Positions 29,964 through 39,396 of a stretch of DNA of 50,734 bases are shown here, one piece after another. The number at the start of each line of letters is the position of its first letter. Position 1 is the stretch's first letter. This DNA is from Cytophagales bacterium. GTDB taxonomy: Bacteria; Bacteroidota; Bacteroidia; Cytophagales; Cyclobacteriaceae. The DNA is taken from NCBI GenBank assembly GCA_038259985.1, contig JBBSOG010000001.1, positions 1 to 50,734 of the forward strand. The letters are read 5' to 3'. The notes under the pieces were generated by a model, which saw only the letters and a program-made list of their open reading frames with translations, made no database searches and had not been told where the DNA came from. The translations under genes were made by a program, and so were the position numbers.

Positions 29964-30023
29964 CACTGTTTTTTAGCTATCTTGTTTATCAAACAAGAAT
30001 TGAAAAGCCTAAATATTTAATAA

Positions 30024-30233
30024 ATGAATGCACACAGGATACTGCAAAAAGTAAAAGGTAAGCATCTAAATATTGAACTTCCAGAAACGTTTCGCGACGC
30101 TGATGTAGAAGTAATAATATTAAAAAATGAAGGTAGTGTTGAAAAGGATAAACTAGTTTCTATTCAAAACTTCAAAGGCATTCTAAAAAACTCAACCTAC
30201 AATTTGAATGAAGATGAATGGTATAAGCAATGA
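30024..30233 (+). CDS. Putative antitoxin (VapB-like)
   Basis: 69 aa, LNIELPETFRDADVEVII; ATGA overlap with the downstream PIN gene. Confidence 0.7.
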   Translation: MNAHRILQKVKGKHLNIELPETFRDADVEVIILKNEGSVEKDKLVSIQNFKGILKNSTYNLNEDEWYKQ

Positions 30234-30694
30234 AAATTTTTGTTGATTCTTCAGTAATAATAGAATATTTAAAAGGAACGCAAACGGAGCTTTTGGAGTG
30301 GTTTGTTGAAGAGAACTTTGAACTCTACATAAACAGTATCGTCCTTAGTGAATCTCTTTTCCACTTTTTAGCACTCAAGGGACAAAAATCCCCCCTAACG
30401 TTAAAAGTTAACGGCGAGATAAGTAAATGTTTAGGTGAAAGCAACTTGTCAGATTTTTTGCAACGATTTACTTTTATTCCTGACGGTGCTTACGTTACAA
30501 GCGAAGTGCCGCTTTTGATGGTGAAATATAATTTACTTCCCAACGATGCGATCATTTTAGCTAACTGCATTCATTTTCAGTTTCAATATTTAGCTTCCTT
30601 TGACACAAACGACTTTCAATCAGTTTGCGGAGAGGAAAACATCAATCTAATTAGTAGCTTAGAAATAGCTAAACAGACAATTAAATTAGGATAA
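30230..30694 (+). CDS. PIN-domain (VapC-like) toxin
   Basis: MKIFVDSSVIIEYL, VLSE, LLPNDAIILANC and LASFDTNDF (conserved acidic PIN residues). Confidence 0.88.
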   Translation: MKIFVDSSVIIEYLKGTQTELLEWFVEENFELYINSIVLSESLFHFLALKGQKSPLTLKVNGEISKCLGESNLSDFLQRFTFIPDGAYVTSEVPLLMVKYNLLPNDAIILANCIHFQFQYLASFDTNDFQSVCGEENINLISSLEIAKQTIKLG

Positions 30695-33222
30695 TGAACT
30701 TCTCCTGGCTCTTAAAAATGGCTTGGCGGGACAGCCGTAAAAACCGTTCCCGTCTCCTGCTTTTTGTCAGCAGCATTGTATTGGGCATTGCCGCTTTGGT
30801 AGCAATCAATTCCTTCAGCGATAACTTACAGCAAGATATTGAGGGAGAAGCTAAAGCCTTGCTGGGTGCGGACTTGGTGGTAGAAAGTCGCCAGCCGATA
30901 CCGGAATCTACTCTTCAGTTTTTTGACTCGCTGGGTGCCAAACGGTCTAGCGAAGTTAGCTTTGCCTCTATGGTGCTTTTTCCCAAAAACGATGGCACCC
31001 GTCTGGTACAGGTTCGTGCGTTGGAGGGGGAATTTCCTTATTATGGTGCTATAGAAACAGAGCCGCTCGCCGCTAGTCAGGCGTTTCGGGGAAAGCAGCA
31101 AGCCCTGGCAGATAATACACTCATGTTGCAGTTTGATGCCGAAACCGGTGATTCTATTAAAGTGGGAGAACTGACTTTTTTGCTGGAAGGCCGCATCCAG
31201 AAAGTGCCCGGCCAACCGGGTATTACGGCTACTGTAGCCCCACCGGTCTATATTCCTATGGAATACCTAGACGCGACTGGCTTATTGCAAAAAGGTAGCC
31301 GCCTGAACTATAAACTCTACCTGAAATTTGACGATGGGACGGATGTGCAAGCGCTACTGGCAGATGTGATAAAACCTCGCCTGGAAAAAGATGAATTGCG
31401 CTTTGACGATGTGGAAGAGCGCAAAGAGGAGATCGGCGATGCTTATAAAAACCTGACAGGCTTTCTGAACCTGGTGGCTTTTGTTGCGCTACTTTTGGGG
31501 TGTATTGGTGTTGCCAGTGCAGTACATATCTACATTCGGGAGAAGCTACTTTCGGTGGCTATTTTACGGTGCCTGGGTGGCAAAGGGAAACATGCCTTTG
31601 GTATTTATCTGATCCAGATTGTCATCATGGGCTTACTGGGTTCGCTTATCGGTGCTGCCCTGGGGGCAAGCATACAGTTTCTGCTGCCCGAAGTTTTCTC
31701 AGGCTTGCTCCCGGTAGAAGTAAATGTGGCCATCTCCTGGAGCGCAATAGTCCAAGGCGTGATTATTGGCGTGGTCATTTCCGTTCTTTTTGCGCTTCTT
31801 CCCCTCATTTCTATCCGCAAGATATCCCCGCTAAGGACCATTAGGGCTTCGTATGACGAAAGTGAAAAAAGGGACCCCCTGCAATATCTCATCTTAGGCT
31901 TAGTCATCATTTTTATAGGCATTTTCGCGTATTTTCAACTGCGTACCTGGCAGGAGGCAGCCTTATTTACCTTGGGTGTTATTGTGGCTTTTGTGCTCTT
32001 AGGCGCAATTGCCAAGCTGATGATTTGGGCCGTCAAAAAATATTTCCCCACTTCCTGGCATTATGTGTGGAGACAAAGCTTGTCTAATCTTTATCGGCCA
32101 AACAACCAGACTTTGGTGCTTATCGTGACAATTGGCTTGGGTACCGCTTTGCTGAGCACGCTTTTCTTTATGCAAAGCCTATTGCTGGAAAAAGTAGCGC
32201 TTACCGCCAAAGATGACCAACCCAATATGGTCTTGTTCGACATTCAGGATGATCAGGAAACCTCGCTGGCAGCCCTGGCCCGCTCATTTGAACTGCCGGT
32301 TTTGCAGCGGGTACCTATTGTTTCCATGCGCTTAGATGGCATCAAAGGAAAATCTGTGACCGAGATAAAGAAAGATACCAGTTCACATGTTCATGGCTGG
32401 GTGCTGAACCGGGAATACCGGGTTACCTACCGGGATAGCCTGACTGACTCAGAAACGATCATCAAAGGAAAGTGGAGAGGTAAAGTTGAGTATCCCCAGG
32501 ATTCGGTTTGGGTTTCCCTGGCAGAAAATGTTGCCGAGGACATGCAGGTAGGCATTGGTGACAAAGTAACTTTCAATGTGCAGGGAGCGATTATTGATAC
32601 CTATGTGGGCAGCGTGCGAAAAGTGGATTGGCAACGGGTACAGACCAATTTTTTGGTGGTTTTCCCGGAAGGGGTTTTGGAGCGTGCGCCCAAATTTCAT
32701 GTGCTGATCACCCGGGTAGCCTCTGACCAACAGGCAGCCAGTTTTCAGCAGGCAGTGGTCAAGCAATTTCCTAATGTCTCCGTTATTGACCTGAAATTGA
32801 TTTTACAGACGATAGATGTTATTGTTGGAAAGGTGTCTTTTGTGATCCGGTTCATGGCCTTTTTCAGCATCATTACAGGTATCATTGTATTAATTGGCTC
32901 GGTGATCATCAGTAAATTTCAGCGGATACAGGAGAGCGTATTGTTGCGTACGATCGGAGCCAGCCGTCGGCAAATTCTGAATATCAATGCGTTGGAGTAT
33001 TTCTTTTTGGGCAGTCTAGCCACATTGACGGGTGTGATGATCGCGCTGATTGCCAGTTGGGTGCTGGCAACATTCAGTTTTGAAACGCCCTTCACGCCCT
33101 CTTTTCTACCCCTTATCATTACTTATTTCGTCATCACCGGATTAACGGTATTGATCGGCTTGTCCAACAGCCGGGAAATTGTGAACAATCCCCCGCTGGA
33201 GGTTTTGCGCAAAGAGGTTTGA
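30694..33222 (+). CDS. ABC transporter permease, YbbP/FtsX-like duplicated
   Basis: MAWRDSRKNRSRLLL, LLGADL, FPYYG, PNMVLFDIQ and R.VDW...QTNF; two FtsX modules. Confidence 0.93.
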   Translation: MNFSWLLKMAWRDSRKNRSRLLLFVSSIVLGIAALVAINSFSDNLQQDIEGEAKALLGADLVVESRQPIPESTLQFFDSLGAKRSSEVSFASMVLFPKNDGTRLVQVRALEGEFPYYGAIETEPLAASQAFRGKQQALADNTLMLQFDAETGDSIKVGELTFLLEGRIQKVPGQPGITATVAPPVYIPMEYLDATGLLQKGSRLNYKLYLKFDDGTDVQALLADVIKPRLEKDELRFDDVEERKEEIGDAYKNLTGFLNLVAFVALLLGCIGVASAVHIYIREKLLSVAILRCLGGKGKHAFGIYLIQIVIMGLLGSLIGAALGASIQFLLPEVFSGLLPVEVNVAISWSAIVQGVIIGVVISVLFALLPLISIRKISPLRTIRASYDESEKRDPLQYLILGLVIIFIGIFAYFQLRTWQEAALFTLGVIVAFVLLGAIAKLMIWAVKKYFPTSWHYVWRQSLSNLYRPNNQTLVLIVTIGLGTALLSTLFFMQSLLLEKVALTAKDDQPNMVLFDIQDDQETSLAALARSFELPVLQRVPIVSMRLDGIKGKSVTEIKKDTSSHVHGWVLNREYRVTYRDSLTDSETIIKGKWRGKVEYPQDSVWVSLAENVAEDMQVGIGDKVTFNVQGAIIDTYVGSVRKVDWQRVQTNFLVVFPEGVLERAPKFHVLITRVASDQQAASFQQAVVKQFPNVSVIDLKLILQTIDVIVGKVSFVIRFMAFFSIITGIIVLIGSVIISKFQRIQESVLLRTIGASRRQILNINALEYFFLGSLATLTGVMIALIASWVLATFSFETPFTPSFLPLIITYFVITGLTVLIGLSNSREIVNNPPLEVLRKEV

Positions 33223-33320
33223 TAAAATTATTCAAAAGTGAAGAAGTGTTAACCTACTTTATTTCTTTTGAATACTTCAAGAGAATAGCCCTTTACCGCA
33301 AATATTTCATGGGAAAATGA

Positions 33321-33932
33321 CTAATTGGACTGGTCGTAAGTCATTTTGCTTTTGTACTGAAATAATTCAATGGGCTTATTTTTGAGGTACTTCCGCCCTT
33401 CCTTGAGTTTGAAAAAAGTATAAATAAAACAGCTCCCGAAAAACAAGGCAAATATTGCGATCTCATAAGTCGGGTCAATCACCCCCAGGGAATTATTAGC
33501 AAGTATGCTGGCCCCGAAAATAACGGCAAGGTTTCCCAGGATTACCATTATTTTCCATTCTTCCATGATGTATTTCATTCGGTTAAAGGTAGCTACTTGA
33601 AAAATACCGGTCACGATAATCCAGAGGGCAATTAGCTCCCAAAAAATGTAAATTCCCAGTCCCTTAGCCAGCAGTGCGCCAGCGCCTATTAAAAGTTCTG
33701 CTATACCTTTCCCCAATAGCAGGTGAACCTTGTTTTTTCTGCCGCTCAATAAGCTGATGCTCCTGATAATAATGATCAAGCCGCTTAATATCAACAAAAT
33801 ACCAAATGGAACAGTCAGGGCATGAATAGCCTCTCCAGGATAACATAAGGCTACCAGCCCAAAGGTAATGGCGCCAAGTCCGCGATAAATCAGGCTACTT
33901 CTATTTTTGATGAGTTGTCCTTCTAAAGTCAT
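33321..33932 (-). CDS. HdeD/DUF308-like membrane protein
   Basis: Six TM segments; RGLGAITFGLVALCYP and IALWIIVTGIFQV. Likely start MTLEG at 33932. Confidence 0.75.
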   Translation of the reverse strand: MTLEGQLIKNRSSLIYRGLGAITFGLVALCYPGEAIHALTVPFGILLILSGLIIIIRSISLLSGRKNKVHLLLGKGIAELLIGAGALLAKGLGIYIFWELIALWIIVTGIFQVATFNRMKYIMEEWKIMVILGNLAVIFGASILANNSLGVIDPTYEIAIFALFFGSCFIYTFFKLKEGRKYLKNKPIELFQYKSKMTYDQSN

Positions 33933-34063
33933 AATGGTATGATTTATATGAAAGCACTTAGCTGTACCGGCAATTTTGGACATTAACTATCGCCAATCCA
34001 CTGATTACCAGGCAGCAACTTGTGCTATGTTAACAAGATAGTGAAGGAATTATAGGATTGGAA

Positions 34064-34098
34064 CGACCCAAATCATGCTAAACAGATGATCTTAGTCA
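34064..34098. promoter_or_regulatory. Paired CRP/FNR-like boxes upstream of the hdeD-like gene
   Basis: CGA-CCCAAA-TCA (34064) and TGA-TCTTAG-TCA (34087), starts 23 bp apart. Confidence 0.65.
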
Positions 34099-34198
34099 CT
34101 TAAAAAAGCCTGCGAAAATTTGTCCATGGAATAGATAATGATGGACAAAGGAAGAAGCTTCATGGATTGGACAAGCCACCGTTCACCCCCTTTAGTAT

Positions 34199-35227
34199 TT
34201 ATTTAAACAATAGAGATTTATAGCTGCCCGGTGACTGGAGAACAGTAGAGATGCCTTTGATCACTGACTGTAAAGCATTTTTATCATGATGTATAGGAAG
34301 GTGCGTCCTTTTCTCCAATCTTTGTTTGAGGCCTCTTAACAGCGAGCCGCCACCGGTCAAATAGATCCCATTGCCATAAATATCCCCGGCAAGTTCCGGC
34401 TCACACTCTTCCAGTGCCTGAAGAATGGCATATTCTATTTTGCTGATAGCACTATTCAGGATTTCCGCAACTTCGCTATGGCCTACCTCTACGCTTACGG
34501 GGAGTCCTGTCATCAAATTCTTGCCGATCAACTGGCAGGGTTGAGGGATTTCTTCCGGGTAATCTATTGCAGCGCCCACCTTGATTTTGAGCTGTTCGGC
34601 CACACTGCTGCCGATGGACATATTGTAATGCTTTCTGAAATAAGTCTGAATATCCTCGTCAAAGGTATCGCCCGCTACTTTGATAGACTGATGGGACACT
34701 ACGCCGGATAAAGAAATGACTACGATTTCGGTAATGCCCCCACCGATGTCTACTATAAATTTACCATCAGGTTCTTGGATATTGAGCCCCAACCCAACAG
34801 CTGCGGCAATAGGTTCAAAAATTAAATAGGTATGGCGGGCTTTAAATTGCTCCAGTGCATCACGCAAGGCACGTCGTTCCACTTCAGTAGTGTCGTAGGG
34901 AACACCGGCTAGTACATTTTCATACCCATAGAAAAAAGAAGGTTTGGGAAAAGGTGTATCAGCCATGCACTTGAGCATACAATGCACAGAATCAAAATTG
35001 ACGATCACCCCACCTGATAATGGTTTGACGATTTTGAAATGTTCATTGGCTTTACCCAGCATATGATAGGCCTCATGGCCTACGGCCTTCACCGTTTTTT
35101 TATCCTTATGTAAGGCGATAAAAGAGGGTTGCGAATAATAGCTATTATCCTGGTTGATCAGTATCGTATTGCTGCTTCCCAAGTCTATGCCCAGGCTGGT
35201 GCCCCGTCTTAAGCTGAGATTGAACAT
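34199..35227 (-). CDS. mreB: Rod-shape-determining protein MreB paralogue (actin-like ATPase)
   Basis: GIDLGSSNT, TEVERRAL, EPIAAAVG, VDIGGGITE, AEQLKIKVG and LTGGGSLL; no mreC/mreD nearby. Confidence 0.88.
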   Translation of the reverse strand: MFNLSLRRGTSLGIDLGSSNTILINQDNSYYSQPSFIALHKDKKTVKAVGHEAYHMLGKANEHFKIVKPLSGGVIVNFDSVHCMLKCMADTPFPKPSFFYGYENVLAGVPYDTTEVERRALRDALEQFKARHTYLIFEPIAAAVGLGLNIQEPDGKFIVDIGGGITEIVVISLSGVVSHQSIKVAGDTFDEDIQTYFRKHYNMSIGSSVAEQLKIKVGAAIDYPEEIPQPCQLIGKNLMTGLPVSVEVGHSEVAEILNSAISKIEYAILQALEECEPELAGDIYGNGIYLTGGGSLLRGLKQRLEKRTHLPIHHDKNALQSVIKGISTVLQSPGSYKSLLFK

Positions 35228-35315
35228 GAAATTGAAATGTTTTTCATAGGTTTGACCTGACAGCCCGGACTAACAGAACAGCAGTGGATATAAAACAAAT
35301 TTTTAGATAAACAGA

Positions 35316-35344
35316 AATAAAAGGGCCTCCATAAGAAGCCCCCT
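35316..35344 (-). terminator. Probable intrinsic terminator between the rnk-like gene and mreB
   Basis: Minus strand GGGCTTC-TTATG-GAGGCCC-TTTTATTT. Confidence 0.5.
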
Positions 35345-35362
35345 ATCCTTTCATTACGCTTT

Positions 35363-35758
35363 TTAGGAATTATCTTTATCAGGGTTGATGACCTGCAGCA
35401 CTTTATATTGTCTCACTGCGCCGTGCACTTCCCATTCCACGGTATCGCCTTTGCGATAGCCAATCAGGACGATGCCCAGGGGAGAGAATATGGATATCTT
35501 ATTGCTGTTCGCATCTACCTTACTAGGCATCACCAACGTCACGTTGATCTTTTTGCCCAGCGTATTTTCGAATAAGGTAACTTCAGAGTTCAGGCCGATG
35601 ACGTTTTTCGGGATTTGGTTCCCGGTCACGATTTTGGCTTCTTTCAGTTCTCCTAACAACCTTTGATAAGAGTAAGTAGATAAATTTTTTGGTTGATAAT
35701 TGACAAATTTTGAGATCAAATCATAATCCCTTTCCGTCACTACTATTTTTTTTGACAT
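35363..35758 (-). CDS. rnk: GreA/GreB family protein, Rnk-like (regulator of nucleoside diphosphate kinase)
   Basis: IVVTERDY, IPKNVIGLNSEV, TLVMP and ISIFSPLGIVLIGYRKGDTVEW. Confidence 0.85.
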   Translation of the reverse strand: MSKKIVVTERDYDLISKFVNYQPKNLSTYSYQRLLGELKEAKIVTGNQIPKNVIGLNSEVTLFENTLGKKINVTLVMPSKVDANSNKISIFSPLGIVLIGYRKGDTVEWEVHGAVRQYKVLQVINPDKDNS

Positions 35759-35791
35759 CTTTACTATTCGTTAAATGGAATAATTTTTTCT

Positions 35792-36280
35792 TTATTTTAC
35801 ACTTCCGTTGAAGAAGAAAGTATTGGCTTTCTCCATCAGGGAGGCATATTCCCAGCCAATCACCACCAGCTTTCCCTGACGGAGGTGCTCCAGGTAACAG
35901 AAGATTTTTTTGTTGCTCAATCCGTACCCACTCAAAATCCCCCACAGGCCACCCTCCAGTGAACCCAGCGCCTTCCCATCAATTTTTTCCAGTAAGAGCG
36001 ATGATAGAGAACCTGCTACGAAGATTTCCCCTATGCCTGAAATAGCGATAGTGTGGATTTTGGTAGAAGTTAATTGGGCAAAACATGCGGAAATATACCT
36101 GAAGTCCTGCTCGGCAAATCCGTTGATTTTTCCCATGACAGAAAGGTGATCCAGGGGAGGGTGAAGGGTTTTCAGGTTTTGGGCTTCCTCCTCTCCTTCA
36201 GCCAGCGTATCACATACTTTCAGGTAGAGATGTATTTTCCACTTCTGCTCCAGACTGTCATTAGGAAGTATTTTGTTCAT
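35792..36280 (-). CDS. Hypothetical protein, general-stress-protein-like (Gly-rich membrane hairpin)
   Basis: ISGIGEIFVAGSL...GGLWGILSGYGL...YLEHLRQGKLVV resembles the IPGIGP..AG..GGL.GAL..G...Y...L..G motif of YflT/DUF1269-type proteins. Confidence 0.6.
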   Translation of the reverse strand: MNKILPNDSLEQKWKIHLYLKVCDTLAEGEEEAQNLKTLHPPLDHLSVMGKINGFAEQDFRYISACFAQLTSTKIHTIAISGIGEIFVAGSLSSLLLEKIDGKALGSLEGGLWGILSGYGLSNKKIFCYLEHLRQGKLVVIGWEYASLMEKANTFFFNGSVK

Positions 36281-36341
36281 CTTTAGTAGTTGATATGCCT
36301 TTTGATCTTGTAAAGTAAAGGCTAATTTATCCTTACTAAAA

Positions 36342-36379
36342 TGACCTATGTCTGAGGAAAATGATGATTTAGATCATCA
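36342..36379. promoter_or_regulatory. Paired CRP/FNR-like boxes upstream of the hypothetical-rnk(-mreB) genes
   Basis: TGA-CCTATG-TCT (36342) and TGA-TTTAGA-TCA (36365, extended palindrome TGATGA-N6-TCATCA), starts 23 bp apart. Confidence 0.65.
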
Positions 36380-37435
36380 GGATTTTATGCTAACGAGTTG
36401 CTCTCGCTTCAATACCGTGATCCCTTTCCGGTCAATGGCAATCAGGCCTTCTTCTTTGAAATCCGCCAAAGTCCTGATGACGGTTTCTTTTACCGTGCCA
36501 ATCAGTCCAGCCAGTTCTTCCCGGGTCAGGGTGATTTCTGCTGGGTTTTCTTGCTTATCGGAGGACTCGCTTAATCGTAAAAGCACTTCGGCTACCCGCT
36601 GTCTCACGGAGAAATAGGAAATCTGCAAGAGTTGCTCTTCCCTTTCCAGCAGATTATTGGAAAGCATTTTGATAAACTTGCCAGCTACATTTCGGTTGCT
36701 ATAGAGAAATTTAAAAAAATCATCCCGAGGGATTAAGCAAAGCTCGGAGTCTTCCATGGCCACGGCCGTCTCGGAGTAGGATTCTTTTTCACTAAGCAAA
36801 GGCATAAAACCGAAGAAATCGCCTTCCTGGAAAATGCCGGTGATAAACTCCTTGCCGTCTTCGGTGGTCTTAAAAGTCTTGACCCTTCCTTTGCTGATAA
36901 AGTAAAGCGAATCGGTCAAACTTCCTTCCTGAAAAATATTCTTTTTCTTAGCATAGCTTTTGAGCTTTCTCTTTTGGGAGAGGTCTTGGAGTTCTTTGAA
37001 GGCACTGGCCTCGCCGTAAAACTCGTTCAGCCCATTGATATTTTTGGAATATTCTTTCTGAAGAGTTTCCTTTTTGTGCAGGCGGCTTTCTACTGCGTTC
37101 AACAGTTCCATTTCTTCAAAGGGCTTGGTCAGATAGTCATCCGCTCCCAGGTTCATGCCCTTGCGCACATCGTCTTTTTCTGCTTTGGCGGTGAGAAAAA
37201 TGAAGGGAATACTGGCGGTTTCCGGCTTTTTGCTAAGGATATGCAATACCCCATAGCCATCCAGTCCCGGCATCATAATGTCGCAGATGATCAGGTCAGG
37301 CTGATGGGTACTGGCTTTTTCTATGCCTTCTTTTCCATTTTCGGCGGTGATCACTTCATAGCTAGCCAGTTCCAAGATGTCAGCAGTAGTTTCCCTCACA
37401 TCCGTGTTATCCTCTATCAATACGATTTTCTTCAT
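36377..37435 (-). CDS. Response regulator fused to a CRP/FNR module (REC + cNMP-binding + Crp HTH)
   Basis: Likely start MKKIVLIEDN at 37435; DLIICDIMMP, LYFISKGRVKTFK...GDFFG, and LTREELAGLIGTVKETVIRTLADFKEEGLI. Confidence 0.92.
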   Translation of the reverse strand: MKKIVLIEDNTDVRETTADILELASYEVITAENGKEGIEKASTHQPDLIICDIMMPGLDGYGVLHILSKKPETASIPFIFLTAKAEKDDVRKGMNLGADDYLTKPFEEMELLNAVESRLHKKETLQKEYSKNINGLNEFYGEASAFKELQDLSQKRKLKSYAKKKNIFQEGSLTDSLYFISKGRVKTFKTTEDGKEFITGIFQEGDFFGFMPLLSEKESYSETAVAMEDSELCLIPRDDFFKFLYSNRNVAGKFIKMLSNNLLEREEQLLQISYFSVRQRVAEVLLRLSESSDKQENPAEITLTREELAGLIGTVKETVIRTLADFKEEGLIAIDRKGITVLKREQLVSIKS

Positions 37436-37436
37436 C

Positions 37437-39170
37437 TTATTCCTGGTCAAGTGGTAAAGTAATGGTGAAGGTAGAGCCTTGCTCCAATGCACTTTCAAAA
37501 GTGATTTCACCGTGCATAAGTTCTATATACTTTTTGACGATGGGCAAACCCAGGCCGGTCCCCTCAATATTGGTGACATTGCGTGCCCTGAAAAAGAGGT
37601 TGAACAAATTCTGCTGCTCATCTTCCGGTATGCCGATTCCCTGGTCTTTAATGACTACGGTAAGGGATGATTTTGTGGTGCTTATGATCAAATCCACTGG
37701 CTTATGCGGGGGTGAGTATTTCAGGGCATTGGATAACAGGTTAAGAAATACATTTCGGGTAAACTGTTTGTCCAGATAAACCTGTATGCTTTGCTGGTCA
37801 GAAGAAAGGAGCACCTCCTGCCCGGCTTTTTGGACATGCTGAAGCTCCTGAATAATGGTTTCCATAAATTCCATCAGGTCAAAATTTTCTTTTTTCATCT
37901 GCAAAGCGCCTTCTTCCAGCCTTCCCAGGGAAAGGAATTCATTGAGGATATCAATCAAATTCTTCACGCTGGATTTGATGCGGTTTACATTTTTGAGCCT
38001 TTTATCTTCATTGCCGGGCTCATTGAGCCGGGCGATCAGATTTGCAGAAGACAAAATAGTGCTGAGCGGTGTCCTGAACTCATGGGAAGCCATAGACACA
38101 AAGCGGGATTTGAGCTCACTGAGTTCTTTCTCCTTTTTCAGCGCTTTCAGCATCTTCTTTTCGGTATTCTTTTGCTCGCTAATATTGGTAAAAACAAACA
38201 TGACCAGGTTGATATCCAGGTGCCCATCCTCCAGGGGCATAGTGTTCACTTTATAACTGTTTGTTTGGTGCTTGATCTCGTATGCATGGTTTCCCCCCTG
38301 AAAAGTCTTCTGGGCGAACGCGATCATTTGTTGTTTCCACTCAGGCGAAAAATCTTCTACTTCTTTGACGGACAAACCCTCTACTTTTGCTTTGTCCAGG
38401 GCGATCTTTCGCAGCTCTTCCCCATCCAAAAATACGATCTGATAGTCCCGGTTGAGGACCACAATCATTACCTTGGGAAAATAACGGGCAATGGCAACAT
38501 ACAGTGCATAGTTTTTTTTGGCTTCGGCATCGGCCTGCCGGGTTTCGTGGATTTGGTATTCTAAAGACAAATTGGTTTCCACCAGTTTTTTGACCATTGC
38601 GGTCAGTTCCCGGGTGCGCTCTTTTACTTTTTGCTCCAGTGCTTCGGTATAGCTTTGTTGGTTGATCTCTGGACTTAGCAAGGCGTCCGTTCTCATTTTA
38701 TGCTCAATCACCGTCGCAGCCCAATCCACCCCATTGATGACCAGCGGAATTTCTTCCTTGTTAGGCTCCCTGGATTCTTTAAAGAAAAAGAGGAAAGCTC
38801 CTAATAATTTACCATTGAACCGGGAATGGATTGGGGTGGCCCACCAGCCATTGAAAGTGAATGGATTGGGGTTTTTCCAAATAATTTTCTGGGCAAAGGG
38901 TTTGAACGACGCGGTGCCGGAAACTTCAGGCAAGGTTTGGCAAACCACCTTGTTGAGTACATCTTTGAGATCAGGCGTCAGAGAGGGGGCGGCGCCTATC
39001 TGCCAATCGCCCACTCCAGGATTTGCCACCAAGATAGCAACCTGGAATTCCTCGGATTTTGTTTCTATCCATCTGATGATCTGTTCCAGGATATCTTGTA
39101 TGGGTGCCTGCTGAGAGATACTTTTTTGAATGTTTTTGTGCACGGTTTCAAAGTCAGGATGCTGGTTCAT
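37437..39170 (-). CDS. Cytoplasmic sensor histidine kinase (GAF-like, PAS-like, HisKA, HATPase)
   Basis: GAAPSL...WWATPI...LLGAF (GAF-like), FVSMASHEFRTPL, NLLSNALKYS and GTGLGL; no TM segments. Probable start ATG 39170. Confidence 0.9.
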   Translation of the reverse strand: MNQHPDFETVHKNIQKSISQQAPIQDILEQIIRWIETKSEEFQVAILVANPGVGDWQIGAAPSLTPDLKDVLNKVVCQTLPEVSGTASFKPFAQKIIWKNPNPFTFNGWWATPIHSRFNGKLLGAFLFFFKESREPNKEEIPLVINGVDWAATVIEHKMRTDALLSPEINQQSYTEALEQKVKERTRELTAMVKKLVETNLSLEYQIHETRQADAEAKKNYALYVAIARYFPKVMIVVLNRDYQIVFLDGEELRKIALDKAKVEGLSVKEVEDFSPEWKQQMIAFAQKTFQGGNHAYEIKHQTNSYKVNTMPLEDGHLDINLVMFVFTNISEQKNTEKKMLKALKKEKELSELKSRFVSMASHEFRTPLSTILSSANLIARLNEPGNEDKRLKNVNRIKSSVKNLIDILNEFLSLGRLEEGALQMKKENFDLMEFMETIIQELQHVQKAGQEVLLSSDQQSIQVYLDKQFTRNVFLNLLSNALKYSPPHKPVDLIISTTKSSLTVVIKDQGIGIPEDEQQNLFNLFFRARNVTNIEGTGLGLPIVKKYIELMHGEITFESALEQGSTFTITLPLDQE

Positions 39171-39218
39171 TAAAATATTTTTCAAGTGGAAGATTAGCTA
39201 CTTTATTCCGCAATGAAA

Positions 39219-39253
39219 TGATTTTAATCATCATCGTGGAGCGACTTAAATCA
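39219..39253. promoter_or_regulatory. Paired CRP/FNR-like boxes in the divergent kinase / SpoIIAA-like intergenic region
   Basis: TGA-TTTTAA-TCA (39219) and CGA-CTTAAA-TCA (39242), starts 23 bp apart. Confidence 0.65.
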
Positions 39254-39396
39254 TTGTGACCGGCATTAAAAAACGCGTCTTTTGCAATAGTATATCAAAA
39301 ATAAGTCACGTAACATACTAAATATTTTGTTGGCGAAAATCAACACGGCTTAAGATTGGGAGTCAATTTAATTATTTAATCTTTGAACTTTAACCT

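Noticed and set aside
37462-39173. Long plus-strand ORFs (up to 257 aa) opposite the kinase
   Set aside because: Antisense shadows of a well-supported minus-strand gene.
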